Of a DNA stretch of 64,000 bases, positions 1 to 13,813 are shown piece after piece. Location: assembly GCA_004764695.1 (NCBI GenBank), contig SMSO01000014.1:5756029-5820028 (forward strand), read 5' to 3'. The notes under the pieces are model-generated. The model worked only from the letters and a program-made list of their open reading frames with translations, ran no database searches and had not been told where the DNA came from. The DNA is from Schizochytrium sp. TIO01 (Eukaryota > Protista > Bigyra: Labyrinthulomycetes). The position numbers were made by a program, and so were the translations under genes. Numbering within the stretch: the first letter of the stretch is position 1; every line of letters starts with the position of its first letter.

Positions 1-203
1 GTGCCTCCCAGCGCCTCTCAAAAACCTTCTCGGGGCGTGGGTCCGTAGGGGGGTCATCAAGCCAAGGTGGAGCCAGCTCAACAGGGGGCCTTGTTCAAGA
101 TGAGTTTAACCAGCGTATGGCTCACTCTGGCCACCAGGGTGCTGCATTCTTTGAAAAGTACCAGAAACGCGAGGCTCAAAAGTACCGCCCTCAGCATCTT
201 TAA
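1..203 (+). CDS. 3' end of an unidentified gene entering from the left edge
   Basis: Frame from nt 3 is open to TAA at 201-203 (ASQRLSKTFSGRGSVGGSSSQGG...FFEKYQKREAQKYRPQHL*). GC-rich coding-like sequence gives way to T-rich 3'-UTR-like sequence. Not in the ORF track. Confidence 0.5.
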   Translation, partial: ASQRLSKTFSGRGSVGGSSSQGGASSTGGLVQDEFNQRMAHSGHQGAAFFEKYQKREAQKYRPQHL

Positions 204-1397
204 AATGGTCTCCAGGCCGTTAATGTTTCTTTTGATAAACGAAGGGCGCACTAGCTATATATCCTAGTCTTCCCTTTTCTGGTGATTTTTCTATTTCAAG
301 TTGGTCTTTGTTAGACTCGTACCACAATTTGCTCGCATCTCTTCTACAGATGCACTCATTCATTGCCTTTGTTTCGGCTGTGTGTTCAATACCTTAATTG
401 CACATCTCGCATGCCGACTATTGCTTGCATGCTTATTTCCGCTAGCGTCCTTCTCTTTCATTGGTTCCTTGCAAACTAGATGAAACCCTCCCAAGACGCC
501 TTCTGCTTTTCCCTATCTGTGGTTAAGAGTAGTAGTATTACCTTTTTATGATCATAGTTGATGTTCTTTTCTCCTTTTGCTAAATAACTCTCTTGTCTGT
601 TGTTGGCCCTGCTACCTGACGCTTCTGAGAAAAACAATGACATTGGATTTTGCATAGGTCGAACTTTGTCCCACCTTTCGTTTCCCCTGTTCTACATCAA
701 CAAATAAAATTTTACTTGTACCTATCAGTAATTACCGAATTGTCAAAGTTTGCTCTGGGCCCCATCAACTTTGCTGTTAATCACATGGTTCCCTCTTTGC
801 TCTCCACCTTCGGCCATGTTCTTATTCTTATGTACTTAGTGGTATATATGCTTAACTCAGGGCGTGCATTTTGCTGGTGATCTTCTACCTAAAGCACAAT
901 AGTGTTCATCTATAGTCGTAAAAAGCCAATAAATTGCTATTAAGCCTGCATTATCTTATAGACTCAAGTTCATGGAGTGGCGCGACAAAGGCGGACCAGG
1001 GCCCTCCTAGAGTTCTACAAACACAACTTAACAGAATGGTGATCTGAGACACCAAAACGTGGGGTGTAGCACATACATATGGCAAACCTTAAGAGTGCAA
1101 CCTCAGCTTAAGACTTGGTTCGAACCATGCCTAGCAAATTGATGTACCGAATGGTTCGTTTGCCTTGCGACGAGCAGTGAGTAACATTTTAAGCAAGTAC
1201 CAAATAGCTATGGCAGTTGAGGTCGACGAATGAAGTTATTGTGAAGGCTACCATCTCTCGAATATTTGAAGAACTTTACTTTGAAGTAACAGACGAAACA
1301 ATAATGACTGCAGTTCTGCAACGTAGCAAAGTGCAGATCCTAGCTTGACTGCACGAATTTCGCCATAAGCTTTCTTTGTAACACATCGATCAGAAAT

Positions 1398-2783
1398 ATG
1401 GGGTTTGGGCTCCCAGAAACTATCTTTGGAAAGGATGTAGATGAGGTCTTTGCATACAAGACGAAGCGCATGGTTGCGATCAAGGATCGTCGTTTAGGTA
1501 TTCTCAACTACAGTTTCATGTTCGCCACTCTAATCTATGTGCTCGTGTATCAGATACTCTTTAACACGGGCTATCTACTAATTACCACTCCGTCGGGAAG
1601 CCATCGATTTTCCTTGCGAGCCCTTACGAATGATGTTGGGTGCGACCCCATCGACGATGTTGGCTGCTACACAGTCTCCCCAGATGTACAGTCAACGGAA
1701 TATTGCTCACAGGCGCCAGACGAAAATCAGGGTCTGTGCGTTGCTGAACAATATCTATCAAGCCAAGATGAGCAATGTATGCGAAAACGAGACTGCTCCC
1801 TAGCAGATGAGCTTGATGTGGGTGTAATCGAAGGCAGCGAATTGCTTTTAACTACTCGCATTTTCGAGGTTGCACAGTATAATGCTTGCCCAAACTCAGC
1901 ATCGCAAGCATCAAACTGTGACAGTCTTTGGGAAAATCTTAACGCAACATCGGATTCCTATATTGCTGGTGTTGAAGACTTCACTCTCATGGTCGATCAT
2001 GCTGTAAAGGATAGCAACACCAAATCAGACCTCGCTGGGGTCTCACGTTCCATGAAGGGTGTACTATCTATTCCAAATAATGCTGCACTGTGCCAATCGC
2101 TGGCCAGCCAGAACCGTGTTGTTCGCAGCCCAAAGGGTGTAGCAACGACTACCGCCCCTTGCTTTGTAGACTCTAATTTGCCAGCTGCAGACGACTATGA
2201 TGTTTTCGCTATGACGGAATGGCTTGGCGCTGGTGATCTCGACCTTGATCAGCCATCTGGGTCGAAACCAGGTGAACCTGTGCGTGCGCGAGGAAGCGTT
2301 GTTACATTTACCATTGATTACACCAATGTTCATCCGTGGCTGGGGGCAAGTGATGAAATCTTCTACACGATCTCTGTCGATTTCTTGCCTGGATCATCGT
2401 ATAAAGTGGTCACAAGTAACGATGTTGTTGAGGCAAACTCAACCTTGGGTGTCTCGCGCCGTATTCAAAAGCGATATGGTGTTAAAGTTGTAGTTCTTCA
2501 GACCGGTCGCCTTGGTCAGTTTGATTTTAACACTTTACTTCTTCAACTTGCTGCAGGCTCTGCCTTGTTTGGTCTTTCTGTCCTGTTGACTGACTTTTTA
2601 GCGCTGAGTGTTATGCCCAATAAAGAGCAGTATAAAGCAGCAAAAATTAAAGTCACCGAGGACTTTGGAGATCTTCGCAAGGAACAAAAGCGCCTTCGCA
2701 AAGAGTCTCGCGAGACTGCTGAGTCATCAGACACATCTGCCGTGAACGAGTCTAGTAGTCTCCACACTATCAATGTAGCTTAG
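1398..2783 (+). CDS. P2X: P2X purinergic receptor family ATP-gated cation channel (461 aa)
   Basis: N-terminal YxTxK/R motif (FAYKTKR), RRLG before TM1, Cys-rich ectodomain, RRIQKRYG..GRLGQFDF before TM2, TM2 Asp (LLTDFL) and C-terminal YxxxK (YKAAK). Confidence 0.9.
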   Translation: MGFGLPETIFGKDVDEVFAYKTKRMVAIKDRRLGILNYSFMFATLIYVLVYQILFNTGYLLITTPSGSHRFSLRALTNDVGCDPIDDVGCYTVSPDVQSTEYCSQAPDENQGLCVAEQYLSSQDEQCMRKRDCSLADELDVGVIEGSELLLTTRIFEVAQYNACPNSASQASNCDSLWENLNATSDSYIAGVEDFTLMVDHAVKDSNTKSDLAGVSRSMKGVLSIPNNAALCQSLASQNRVVRSPKGVATTTAPCFVDSNLPAADDYDVFAMTEWLGAGDLDLDQPSGSKPGEPVRARGSVVTFTIDYTNVHPWLGASDEIFYTISVDFLPGSSYKVVTSNDVVEANSTLGVSRRIQKRYGVKVVVLQTGRLGQFDFNTLLLQLAAGSALFGLSVLLTDFLALSVMPNKEQYKAAKIKVTEDFGDLRKEQKRLRKESRETAESSDTSAVNESSSLHTINVA

Positions 2784-3824
2784 ACGTTCTCCTGATTAGT
2801 ACTTTCATGGATGATGTTTTTTCAAACATGTATAGGATTGTGGTTTTAATTTCTGCACAAGCCACAATAAGATTGTTCTAATATTTTGACAACGTGAAAC
2901 ATTCATGTATCCTGCGAAACAACTAAAAGTATTCCTTGATTCGAATCTCACGACCAAATCTCTCTCAGCAATCTTGTCACAACAGCCGAATTCCCATCTA
3001 TAGAAAAACCGCCATGCAACAAACAACTTTGTCGATCAAAATTTTAGATTCATGGCTACAAACAAATCTTATTATCTTGAAGTTTTGCTCTTCCACATTA
3101 GCATGAATTTTCAGTTATCACTTGCCTTACGAAGGGGAAGAATTACCCCAACACGAAAACACGAAAAAAATTAAAAAATGTAAACAAACCAGTACTACTA
3201 GTGGGCAAATAGTGCCTTCTTACGTAACAATACAGGGGAAAATTAAAGAAAGAACAGCAAGAAAAAAAATCACTATATACTCTTATATACAGCTATCTTA
3301 AACTTATAATACTCTCCTCTGAATAGGTATGAATGATCAAAACTAAGAAATTGAGTTGACGTAGTGGAACATGCAAACCATCAATCGCGGCGTTGCCGGC
3401 GAACTCCCAAGGTTTCCGGGAGCGGTCTTCGCCAGACGTATCCTTTCCAGGTCTCCTCCTGAGGTAGAGTTAATCTCCGCCCGCCCTTTCTACTGTCCCT
3501 TTCACCTGTGTAACGAGCGGAGCTTCTCTGTCTCCACTCAAATCTCGAGCGCTGCGCTCCTAGATCACCACGTTTCATCCTTTGTGGCCCTGCTGGAGTT
3601 AGGATCTCCAGAGCGAAAGAGCTTGCGCTTGCGACTTGTGTTTTTCGTATTCATTTTCTTTTCCACGCCTTTCAAAACGCCCGTCACTTTCCTGGCTATT
3701 GTTGCAGTTGCAGTCGTATCTAGGCTTGGCGTCTGAGGTTATTTTTGTATTCGTCGACTTTCAGCTTTCATCTTGAGGCGTCAAGATCTAGCGCAATAAG
3801 TGTTGTTCTAGTGCAGTGGACACC

Positions 3825-6800
3825 ATGGCGGAAGAGCAGGCACGGCAACGTCTCTACGACTACAATGCCAACTCTAATTTGGTAATCAAGACCCACAGCT
3901 CTCGTAGGCAGGTCACAGAACCCTCTGGCGAGGCACAGAGTTTGCGGCAAGGGGTGTCCGTGGCTGACATGGGCTCCAGAGCTAGACCTGAGCGTTCCGC
4001 AGAACTAGAGGCCAAACTCGCCAAGAAACGCGAACGTGAAAGTCGCTTGCAGCAACAAAGTCAGCTTCTCGAAGGGGATCCAAATGGCGGAATGGGCAAC
4101 GTGCATCTGGATGATGACATCTCGCTTGGAGCTTACAGACCGAGCACACGAGAAGCCAGACTTGCTTTTGAGGAACTATTAGCATCGCTTCAAAAGTTTA
4201 TCGGCGATCAGCCACGAGATGTTCTGCATAGCGCTGCAGACGAAGTGCTTGGTATCATCAAGGATCCTGAGCTCACGGCACCTCGCAAGGAAACCGAGTG
4301 CAAGAAACTTCTGGGTAGCAGATTGTCCAAGGTACAATTTACGGACCTTCTCAGACTATGTGAAAGAATCGATGACTACAGCAATAGTAACAATGCTCTA
4401 GATGCAAACCCGAGTGCAACCAAGTCCCAGGCGGATATGGGTGTTGCGGTAGTATTTGAGGGCGATAGCTCCGATGAGTCAGATGAGGAACTCGAGGAGG
4501 TTGTCAGCGACCAAGACTCTAGTGATCAAGACTCTGACGAAGATAGTGGCCCAAACGCTCGTGATGCAGCTCGTAGCAAACGGAAGGGAGCAAGTGGCAC
4601 AACTTCTGCAGACGAAAACGACATCAACGTGCATGATATTGACGCACACTGGATTCAACGCGAACTTGCAAAGTACTACCCTGATGCAAGCGAAGCACAA
4701 AGTCTTGCCTCACAGATTTTCAATGCTCTCAATGAATCAGATGAACGCGCTTGCGAAAATCAGTTAGTTCTTTTGCTTCAATTTGACAAGTTTGACCTCA
4801 TCAAACTCCTTTTGCATAATCGCAAAAAGATTCTCTTCTGCACTCGTCTTAAACGTGCTGGTTCTGATGAAGAACGTGCTCTCATCGAGAGGGAGATGAT
4901 GCAAGATCGTGAAGTTGGAGGCGGCAAAGACATTTTGAAAATGCTTGCTGATCCTTCAGGAAACCCGCCCATTACCGCAAACGGTCAGCAGAGCTCTGGT
5001 GCTGGCGCCAAAAAGGCCAACGCTATTCTTGTTCGTGACGCTGACGAGGACGTCATGAACTCTGAAGATGACGACAGTGATGCCGAAGGAGGTAGCGGGG
5101 CAATGAGGAGCGCACGCCTTCGCGGGGATGTGGAGTCAGTGCGGCCGCCAAAGCGTCTTGATCTCCAAGCCCTTGCTTTTAGTGCTGGCGATCATACAAT
5201 GACCAACAAGGAAGTTCGTGTGAAAGGTGCCCGATGGACCAAGGAAACCAAAGCTTTTAAGGAAGTTCATGTGCCACCACTTAAACCCAAGCCATTTCTC
5301 GAAGATGAGAAACTTTGTGCGATTAATGAACTCCCAAGTTTTACGCATGGAGCCTTTGCCAAGATGACAACTCTCAATCGTGTGCAGTCCCGCATCATGC
5401 CCGCGGCTCTCAAAGGTGATTACAACCTTCTTGTATGCGCCCCCACTGGTGCTGGTAAAACTAATGTAGCTATGCTTACTGTCCTGCACGAGATTGGTAA
5501 GTTTGTGGACCCAGCGACCGGCAAAGTTGATATTCCCCGCATGAAAAGGGAAATGAAAATTGTGTATGTCGCACCAATGAAGGCTCTTGTCCAGGAGGTT
5601 GTCCAAAACTTTGGCCAGCGCCTTGGCGCCGCATACGATTTAACTGTTCGCGAACTATCTGGTGATCAGCAGCTGAGCCGTGCTGAAATTGCACAGACTC
5701 AGATGATTGTCACAACTCCAGAAAAGTGGGATATTGTGACACGTAAAGCTGGTGAACGAGCTTACACCCAGCTCGTCAAACTCGTCATTATCGATGAAAT
5801 TCACCTTCTTCACAATGAACGTGGTGCTGTGCTTGAAGCCATCATCGCTCGAGCTATTCGCCAGCAAGAGATTACACAACAACGTGTTCGCCTCGTTGGT
5901 ATCTCTGCAACTCTTCCCAACTACAAAGATGTTGCTACCTTTCTCCGAGTTCCTTTTGACAAGGGTCTCTTCTTCTTTGACAATTCGTTTCGCCCTGTTC
6001 CTCTTCAGCAACAATATATTGGTATCACTGAAACAAAGCCTTTGCGGCGCTTGCAAAAAGCGAATGAAATTTGCTATGATAAGATTATTGCTGCAATGGA
6101 AAATAATCCTCGTGATCAAGTTTTGGTGTTTGTACACAGTCGCAAAGACACCGCTTCTACCGCACGATACCTTCGTGATCTAGCCGAGGAGCGTGACCAG
6201 CTGGGTATCTTCTTGAATTCGGACGACCGTGCGACCAGAGAGATTCTGCAAAGCTCCGTGGAAGAGGAAGCACGAAACGCTGACCTCAAGGATATGCTTC
6301 TCCATGGCCTTGCAGTACACCACGCTGGTCTTCCGCGCTCGGATCGTACACTTGTCGAGGATCTCTTCAAACGTGGATATATTAAGGTTCTTGTGTGTAC
6401 AGCCACTCTGGCTTGGGGTGTAAATTTGCCTGCTCACACTGTCATTATCAAGGGTACCCAAGTGTATAATCCTGAGAAGGGTCGCTGGACAGAGCTTTCT
6501 CAGCTAGATATTTTGCAAATGCTTGGCCGCGCTGGTCGCCCTCAATTCGAGACAGACACTGAAGGTGAGGGCATTATTATCACTTCCCATGCAGAGCTGC
6601 AATTCTATTTGTCCTTGCTTAATGAGCAGCTCCCTGTCGAGTCACAGCTTATCCGTCGCCTTGCAGATGCTCTCAATGCCGAGATTGTCATGGGTGGTGT
6701 GCAGAATCTTGACGATGGTGCCCACTGGCTTGGCTACACATACCTCTATGTCCGCATGTTGCGCAGCCCTACCCAATACGGCATTTCCATTGATGAAATC

Positions 6801-9800
6801 GAGGAAGATCCTATTCTTCTTCAGCGCCGTCGCGATCTGATTCACAGCGCTGCTCTCTTGTTAGATAAGAGTCAGCTTGTGCGCTATGATCGCCGTACAG
6901 GTGCTCTACAAGGTACCCCTCTTGGTCGCATTGCATCGCATTATTACGTCACTTTCGATTCGATGCAGACCTTTAACGAGCTCCTCCGGCCTACCATGGG
7001 AGATATTGACCTTTTTCGCATGTTCTCGCTTTCTAAAGAGTTCTCTAACATTGTGGTGCGTCAGGAAGAAAAGGTGGAGCTTGCACAGCTTGCAGAGAGA
7101 GCGCCTATTCCGATCAAGGAGAGTATTGAAGAAGCCTCGGCAAAGGTAAACCTCTTACTCCAAGCTTACATTTCAGGATTTCGCATGGAGGGCTATGCCA
7201 TGGCGTGTGATCTTGTGTTTATTCAGCAGAGCGCAAATCGTTTAGTCCGAGCCATGTTTGAAATGTGCCTTGTCCGTGGCTGGGCAGCCCTTGCACAGCG
7301 TTGTCTTGCTCTAGCTAATATGTGTGAGCACCGCATTTGGCCTACCCAGTGTTTCTTGCGTCAGTTTCCCGAGCTACCAATTTCATCTGACGTTGTTAAA
7401 CGAATTGAACGTCGTAACCTCTCTGTGGACCAACTCTGGGACTTGTCTGCTCAAGAACTCGCTGAAGTTGTAAGTGCTGGCGCTACGGGTGCATCTAGTG
7501 TTAAACAAGGTCGTGATCTCCATCGCCTGATTCATTGTTTTCCCAAAATGAATGTATCGGCAGTTGTACAGCCAATCACACGGTCTACCTTGAGCGTTGA
7601 GCTCACTCTTACCCCAGAGTTCGATTATGACGAGTCGCTTTATGGAGATGTATTACTCTTCTACATAATCATGGAAGATTGCGATGCGGAGACGATCTTG
7701 CACCACGAGGTAGTTCTCATTGGCAAACGGAATGCCGATCAAGAGATCCAAACTAACTTCATGGTACCATTGTCCGATCCCATGCCTCCACAATACTTTT
7801 GCAGAGTTGTGTGCGAAAGGTTTCTGCATGCCAGCACAATTTTACCAGTCTCATTCCGCAAATTACTCCTTCCTGAGAAATTTCCTCCCTTTACTGAACT
7901 ACTGGATCTACGCCCCCTCGCCGTGGATCGCGCTGCGCTTGAAGCTGCCGGGGCTAGTGGAGTGGCTGATCAAGCCTGGGTTCAAGCTGCATATAAGGCT
8001 GCGTTTGCTCAACGCTTCAAGACGTTTAATTCGGTCCAAACCCATGCTTTCAGCAGCATAACACAAGATGACCAAGGTGTTCTCGTTGCAGCGCCGGCGG
8101 GCTCTGGTAAAACAGCATTGGCGGAGATGGCCATCATTCGTGCCTTTGCCACAGCTAAAGACCGCCACAGCGTGACATGTGTCTACGTTGCACCATTGCA
8201 GGCTGTTTGTGACCGTCGGCATGCTGAATGGCAAACGTTATTTGGTCGAAAGCTTGGCCTAGTTGTCGCGCGCCTCACCGGTGATACAACTGCAGATTTG
8301 CGCGCTTTGGCCAGTGCCCAGCTAATTATTGCAACAAGCGAAGACTGGGATAACCTTTCGCGTCGTTGGAAGCAGCGTAAGGCAGTGCGTAATATTCGCC
8401 TTTTCATTGCAGATCAATTGCATCTGGTTGGTTCTGCCCCGGGTCCGGTACTTGAGGTGGTTGTCTCCCGAATGCGGTTCCTTGCCTCCGTATCTCCGAC
8501 TCTTCGTGTCCTAGGTTTGTCTGCCTCACTTGCGAACGGAGCTGAGGTCGGAGCTTGGATCGGTGCTAAAACAACAATCAACTTACCACCCTCAAATCGT
8601 CCTAGCCCGGTGGAGATTGAACTCCGCAGCTTTGACATTCACCATCCTGGTACCCGTTTGCTAGCCATGGCGAGACCAGTCTTTGATTCAGTTGTGGCGC
8701 ATGGAGAGCATGGAGCGCGCCCAGTCATTATTTTTGTCCCATCTGCACGACAGGCAAAGGTTACTGCAGTTGATTTAATCAGCTTTGGATCTTCGGCATT
8801 ATTGGAAGAGAAAGCTATTGCTAAAGTCCGTCAAGCCCGTGCATGGGCCTCTAGGTCACACTTCTTTGTTGAAGCTGGAAATGAGGATAGTCTCGCGAAG
8901 CATGCGAATGGATTGCGCGATCCTGCACTTCGTAGTACGCTTCTTGAGGGTGTTGCATACTTACATTCGGGTATGGACAATGGAGATCGTGCAGTTGTTG
9001 AGGCGTGCTTTGAATCTGGAGTCGTGCGCACTCTCATTGTAACAAGTGATCTTTGTTGGGGTCTTCGCTTCCATGCTGATGTGGTGATGGTGATGGATAC
9101 TGCCAAATATGATGGCGCGCAGGGCCGCTATGTGGATTATGCGGTTGCAGATCTCATGCAAATGGTCGGCCGTGCAATTCAGCATGAACAGGCCGCCCAT
9201 TGCCTCATCTACTGCCACAGCAAACGCAAGGCTTACTACAAGACGTTCCTCCATGACGCATTGCCTGTGGAAAGTCATTTGGACCATGTCTTGGCTGATC
9301 ATCTTTGCGCGGAAGTGGTCTCACAGGTCATTAAAAATAAACAAGAAGCTGTGGACTATTTGACATGGACTCTGCTCTATCGCCGACTACCCAAAACCCC
9401 ACATATTATCAGCTTGTGGGCACATCTCCAGAGATTCTTTCCGACTACTTGTCAGAGCTTGTTGAAACGACTCTGGGTGAACTGGCTAACAGTAAGTGTA
9501 TCGAGATAGACAAGAACGATATGGATGTGGCCCCGTTGAACCTTGGTATGGTGGCATCTTACTATTATATTCAGTACATGACCATCGAGCTGTTTTCTGT
9601 AAACCTTCGTCAGCAATCAAAACTACGTACCGTTCTCAACGTACTCGCTGCTGCCGCAGAATTTGAGGATATTGCTGTTCGGTTTGGAGAAGAGCAGGTC
9701 TTGGAAAATCTTGCTCGACACTTACCCTTACCAGCACCCCGCGAGCCTTCTGAGCCCGCCCCTGACTACACGCGGTCTCATGTCAAGACGCATATTCTTT

Positions 9801-10636
9801 TGCAACTTCATTTTTCTCGTCGAACTTTGACAGAAGAGCAACAAACCGATCTGAACACTGTTTTGAACAAGGCTGTACGTCTGCTGTACGCAATGGTGGA
9901 TATTATTGCAAGCAACCGATGGCTGCGTCCTGCATTGGCCGCTATGGAACTGTCCCCAATGCTTGTACAAGGTTGCTGGAATACCGATTCCCCGCTTATG
10001 CAGGTTCCACACTTCGATGCAGCCATCGTCGACCGTTGTCTCAAGGCTGGAGTCAAGGGCGTTATGGATATTGCGGAACTTGAAGATGAACAGCGCGACT
10101 CGGTATTGCAGCTTCCTGCAGGCAAGCTTGAGCAAGTTGCAGACTTTTGCAACGCATATCCGGATCTTGATGTGAAGGTTGCAGTTCAAGATGCTGCTTC
10201 GATTCGCGCAAATGGCTCGGTCAGTGTCAAGGTAACCTTAGAACGTGCCGAGGATGACGACGACGATGATGATGATGAGGCCAGTGACTCTGGACCAACT
10301 GTGTACGGCACAGTTGTGGCGCCGCGCTACCCACGCATGAAAATGGAAAACTACTGGATTGTCATTGGTGATGCAGAGTCTAATGAATTGTTCGCAATCA
10401 AGCGTGTTATGGTGGGCAAGGAACTTAATGTTGACTTGTCGTTTGATGCTCCCAAGGATCTTGGTCCGCGCCAGCTCAATGTGTACGTCATGTGCGACTC
10501 TATAATGGGAGTCAACGAAGTGCACAAGATCTCCTTTGATGTAAAGGAAGGTGCACCTGAAGACGATGATAGTGACTCATCCTCTTCCTCTGGCTCTTCC
10601 GGTTCTTCAGATGAAGAGTCTGGCGATGAGGAGTAA
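3825..10636 (+). CDS. BRR2: U5 snRNP 200-kDa helicase Brr2 (about 2270 aa; one-base frameshift near 9390)
   Basis: MAEEQARQRLYDYNANSNLV N-terminus, two Ski2-like cassettes (APTGAGKT/DEIH and APAGSGKT/DQLH), Sec63 units. ORFs 3816..9509 and 9365..10636 join as YRRL-P-QNPTYYQL if one C is added to the C-run at 9390-9392. Confidence 0.95.
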
Positions 10637-11086
10637 GAAAATATCCGGACGATTCTCTTGTGAAAATCTTTTTATTACTTATAGAATCTATAGTTGAACA
10701 CACAATACATTTTTTCCTCTGTTGGGCAACTCCTTCAAAATATATAACCAGTTAAAAGGAAGACTCTAAATTGCTGAATTTAGCGATTGAATATATAATC
10801 ATTGGATACATTTGCAATGATAACAACATAGTATGCTTTCTTTTAAGAAATGTTTTCTGCTCTAATCTAATTTAAAAATTAAAATAAAATAAAAAGACAA
10901 CTTACTTCTACTCTACTTTTACTCTCAGGGACCCAAAGATATCTTTTGCAAGGAATGTTAAGAAAGTGTACATCTTTCTCCCTTGTTTTTCCTGGCGATA
11001 TGGATTTCTTTTGTGGGCATTCTTATGACGCGATGCACAAAATTATGGCGCGATAGAGTTTTGTGCATTCTTAGAGCATACTTGAT

Positions 11087-13772
11087 TTACTTCTCTCCAA
11101 AAGTCTCAAGCAAATGCCTTTGAGAGCAAATCATAATAAGACGGGTCTGCAGGTCCTCTTTGGAACTACATGCAGGGATTCGCAGCGTATTAAAACAAGT
11201 CACTGCAGATGGCAGGTGATCTTGATGCAAATCAACTACAAGGTTAAACTCACGAGGTTTGAGGTTACGGAAGCCTCCCACAGGTGTGCTAGAAAGCCCG
11301 GTCGAAAATTGCAAAAGTCGTGCTCTGTGCTCGGAGTCCATCTCTCGAACAATTTCCCAAAACCATTCCAACAAGGTATCTGTATCAACTGACACATTGG
11401 ACTTCTCAGCTGTGCTGGAATGCCACGTATCTTTGGATGATGGAGGTAATGTATGTGCCTGCCAATCATCAACATCAATCTCAGGCACACCTTGCAGCGC
11501 GAGGGCGAGATCAATATAGTCGATGTTATTCGCCTGCAAAGCCGAGGCCGGAATTACTTCGTGGAATCCAGATAAGAAGACTTGCATTTGCTCGCGCACT
11601 TGGCCACAAACGTAGTGTTCGCTTAGTAACTGAATATATTCGAGCTTGTTCTCTTCAGAAAGCATACGTTGTGCACCATTCGGACAAAGCTCCTCTCCGA
11701 ATTCTCCGTTACTGTCCAGCCACACAAATGGGATCTGCTCCACATCCATGACGTTTTTCATGAGATCCACGCCCCCTTGCTGAAGAAGCATAAGCATACG
11801 ATTTTCGAAATAGATTGGGTCGATTGCCCGAACATCTTCACTGTCAATTTCTCGGTCCACCATCATTTTCAACATAGCTGAGCTAAGTGGTAATTGGAAC
11901 ACGGCCTCGTGAGCGATCGCGAGCCCTACCAGCTTTCCGAGGGCATAATAATGCACTGGATCAAGCTTTGGGTTTGCAGCTAGCATAAGGGTGGAATCGG
12001 GAAGAGCACGAAGGATATTAGGTCGAGCGAATCTTGATTCCGAGGGACCTGTTTCCTCTCCAGCTCTTGCGTCGCCATCCTGAGGAACGCGCTTATCGCT
12101 AACAGTGAGCTGGGAGAGTTCCTCGGCAACCAATTTGTACATTTCTGCAGTAAGACCCCCGCCGTCAACTCCAGACTCGCCTCGAAAAGCTACACAGAAG
12201 CCATTTTTAAGTTTCTGCATAGGGAATACAAGAACTTGATTTGCCACCTGGAAAAAGACACAATTTCCGTTGCTGTCAATCCCACGCGTAATTCGCAGGT
12301 TGACCTTGTGGAAAAGAAGATCGTAAGCATCTGGAACTCCGTGAGTCTCCGTAACCTCTTTCCGCAAGCCTTCGATGCGTTCAACATGTGTTGAAGTCTT
12401 GGCACGCTCACCCAGCCGCGTATGCAGAGAAGTCGAGGGTTTCCAACGACGCATACGCATGATCGAAGATTTGATGCCAAGATCGCGAACACGGGGCTTC
12501 CATGACATTAATGAACTTGAAAGCGAGCTGGCTGTTTTTTGTGATTGTTGTTGAGAAGGAGAAGCCATAGCAGTAGCACCTGTCGAATTTCCCGTGGTGT
12601 CATCCAAGATTGCATCATCTTCATCCTTTGTTGCAAGGAATGCTCGCGGATCTGCGTGCAGTTTTGCGCGAAACGGATTCCGCTTTGCGTATTGCAGGAC
12701 CTTGTCACGGTTAGCAAGAACTTTCTCAAGCTCTTCAATGGTGTTTTCACGATCCTGCCACCATTTGCAAAATATGGTCCACGCATCTAACTTTTTGAGC
12801 AGGTATACAAGCACTCCAAACATGGTCAATCGGAACACACCGTATGCGCAACATGTAAGCCCATATAGTTCGGCCTTCGTTAAACTTAGACAATCACCTG
12901 CATTGGGGTCAACCAGGAAACTAGAGTTTGGGTAGATAGCTGCATACGCTGGAGCGAAAGCGTCGTCGTGGCAGACAGGTTGCGTGAGAACAATCTCAGA
13001 AATGTCCAAATCATAAGGTTCGATAGCCTTGAGCATTGTTCTCAAGAAGACGCCACGGACTACACTATGACCTGTGGCCATAAGCACCAAAAGATCAAAG
13101 GAGCGCCACAAAAGATCCCATGGGAAGAACACAATTCTCGTGAAGTTATTGCCGCCAATTAGCCAAGTGTAGTTGACAAGGAAAATAGGAAGCATGTGTC
13201 TAAGTACGCTAGACGTGTAATTCCAGGCTACTAGAACTGACAAAAGCACAGAGATGCGAAAGGCAAAGTTTTCGCGGAATCCATGCTGTGTTGTCCAGTA
13301 TGTTAACAATCTAACGAGTACATGCCACACGGGGAAGCCAACTAAAAGACGAAATGAACAAAAGGTTTCGAATAGCTTTTCACGTACTCGTTTGTGATGT
13401 TTATTTCGTCGCTCAAGAGCGTGTGCTCTTCGAGCAGCAAAACTCATCTCCTGTTGCTGTACTTGGCCAGAGTTAAGATCTGTCGGGGAGGAATCAGCAG
13501 ACAATCGGCTCGGGTTTGGCTGCTGTGGAAAACCTGAAATACTTCCATCCTCTGGGTTGCCTCCTTCGCGATTCGAGACAGATCTTTCAGTGAGGTCCTG
13601 CTCGCTAGGTTCAACTTTATTTTGCTCTGGCTCTGTTAGGCTTGGTTGACAATCTTCTAGGTTGTCACGCGATGATTTGCCAGAATCTGTGATCCTACTA
13701 GCCTCGGTAACATTGGCTTGGTTTCGGGATATCTCATGTTCTATTGTAGTAGACTGTTGTTGTTGCTGTTGT

Positions 13773-13813
<41 letters not shown>

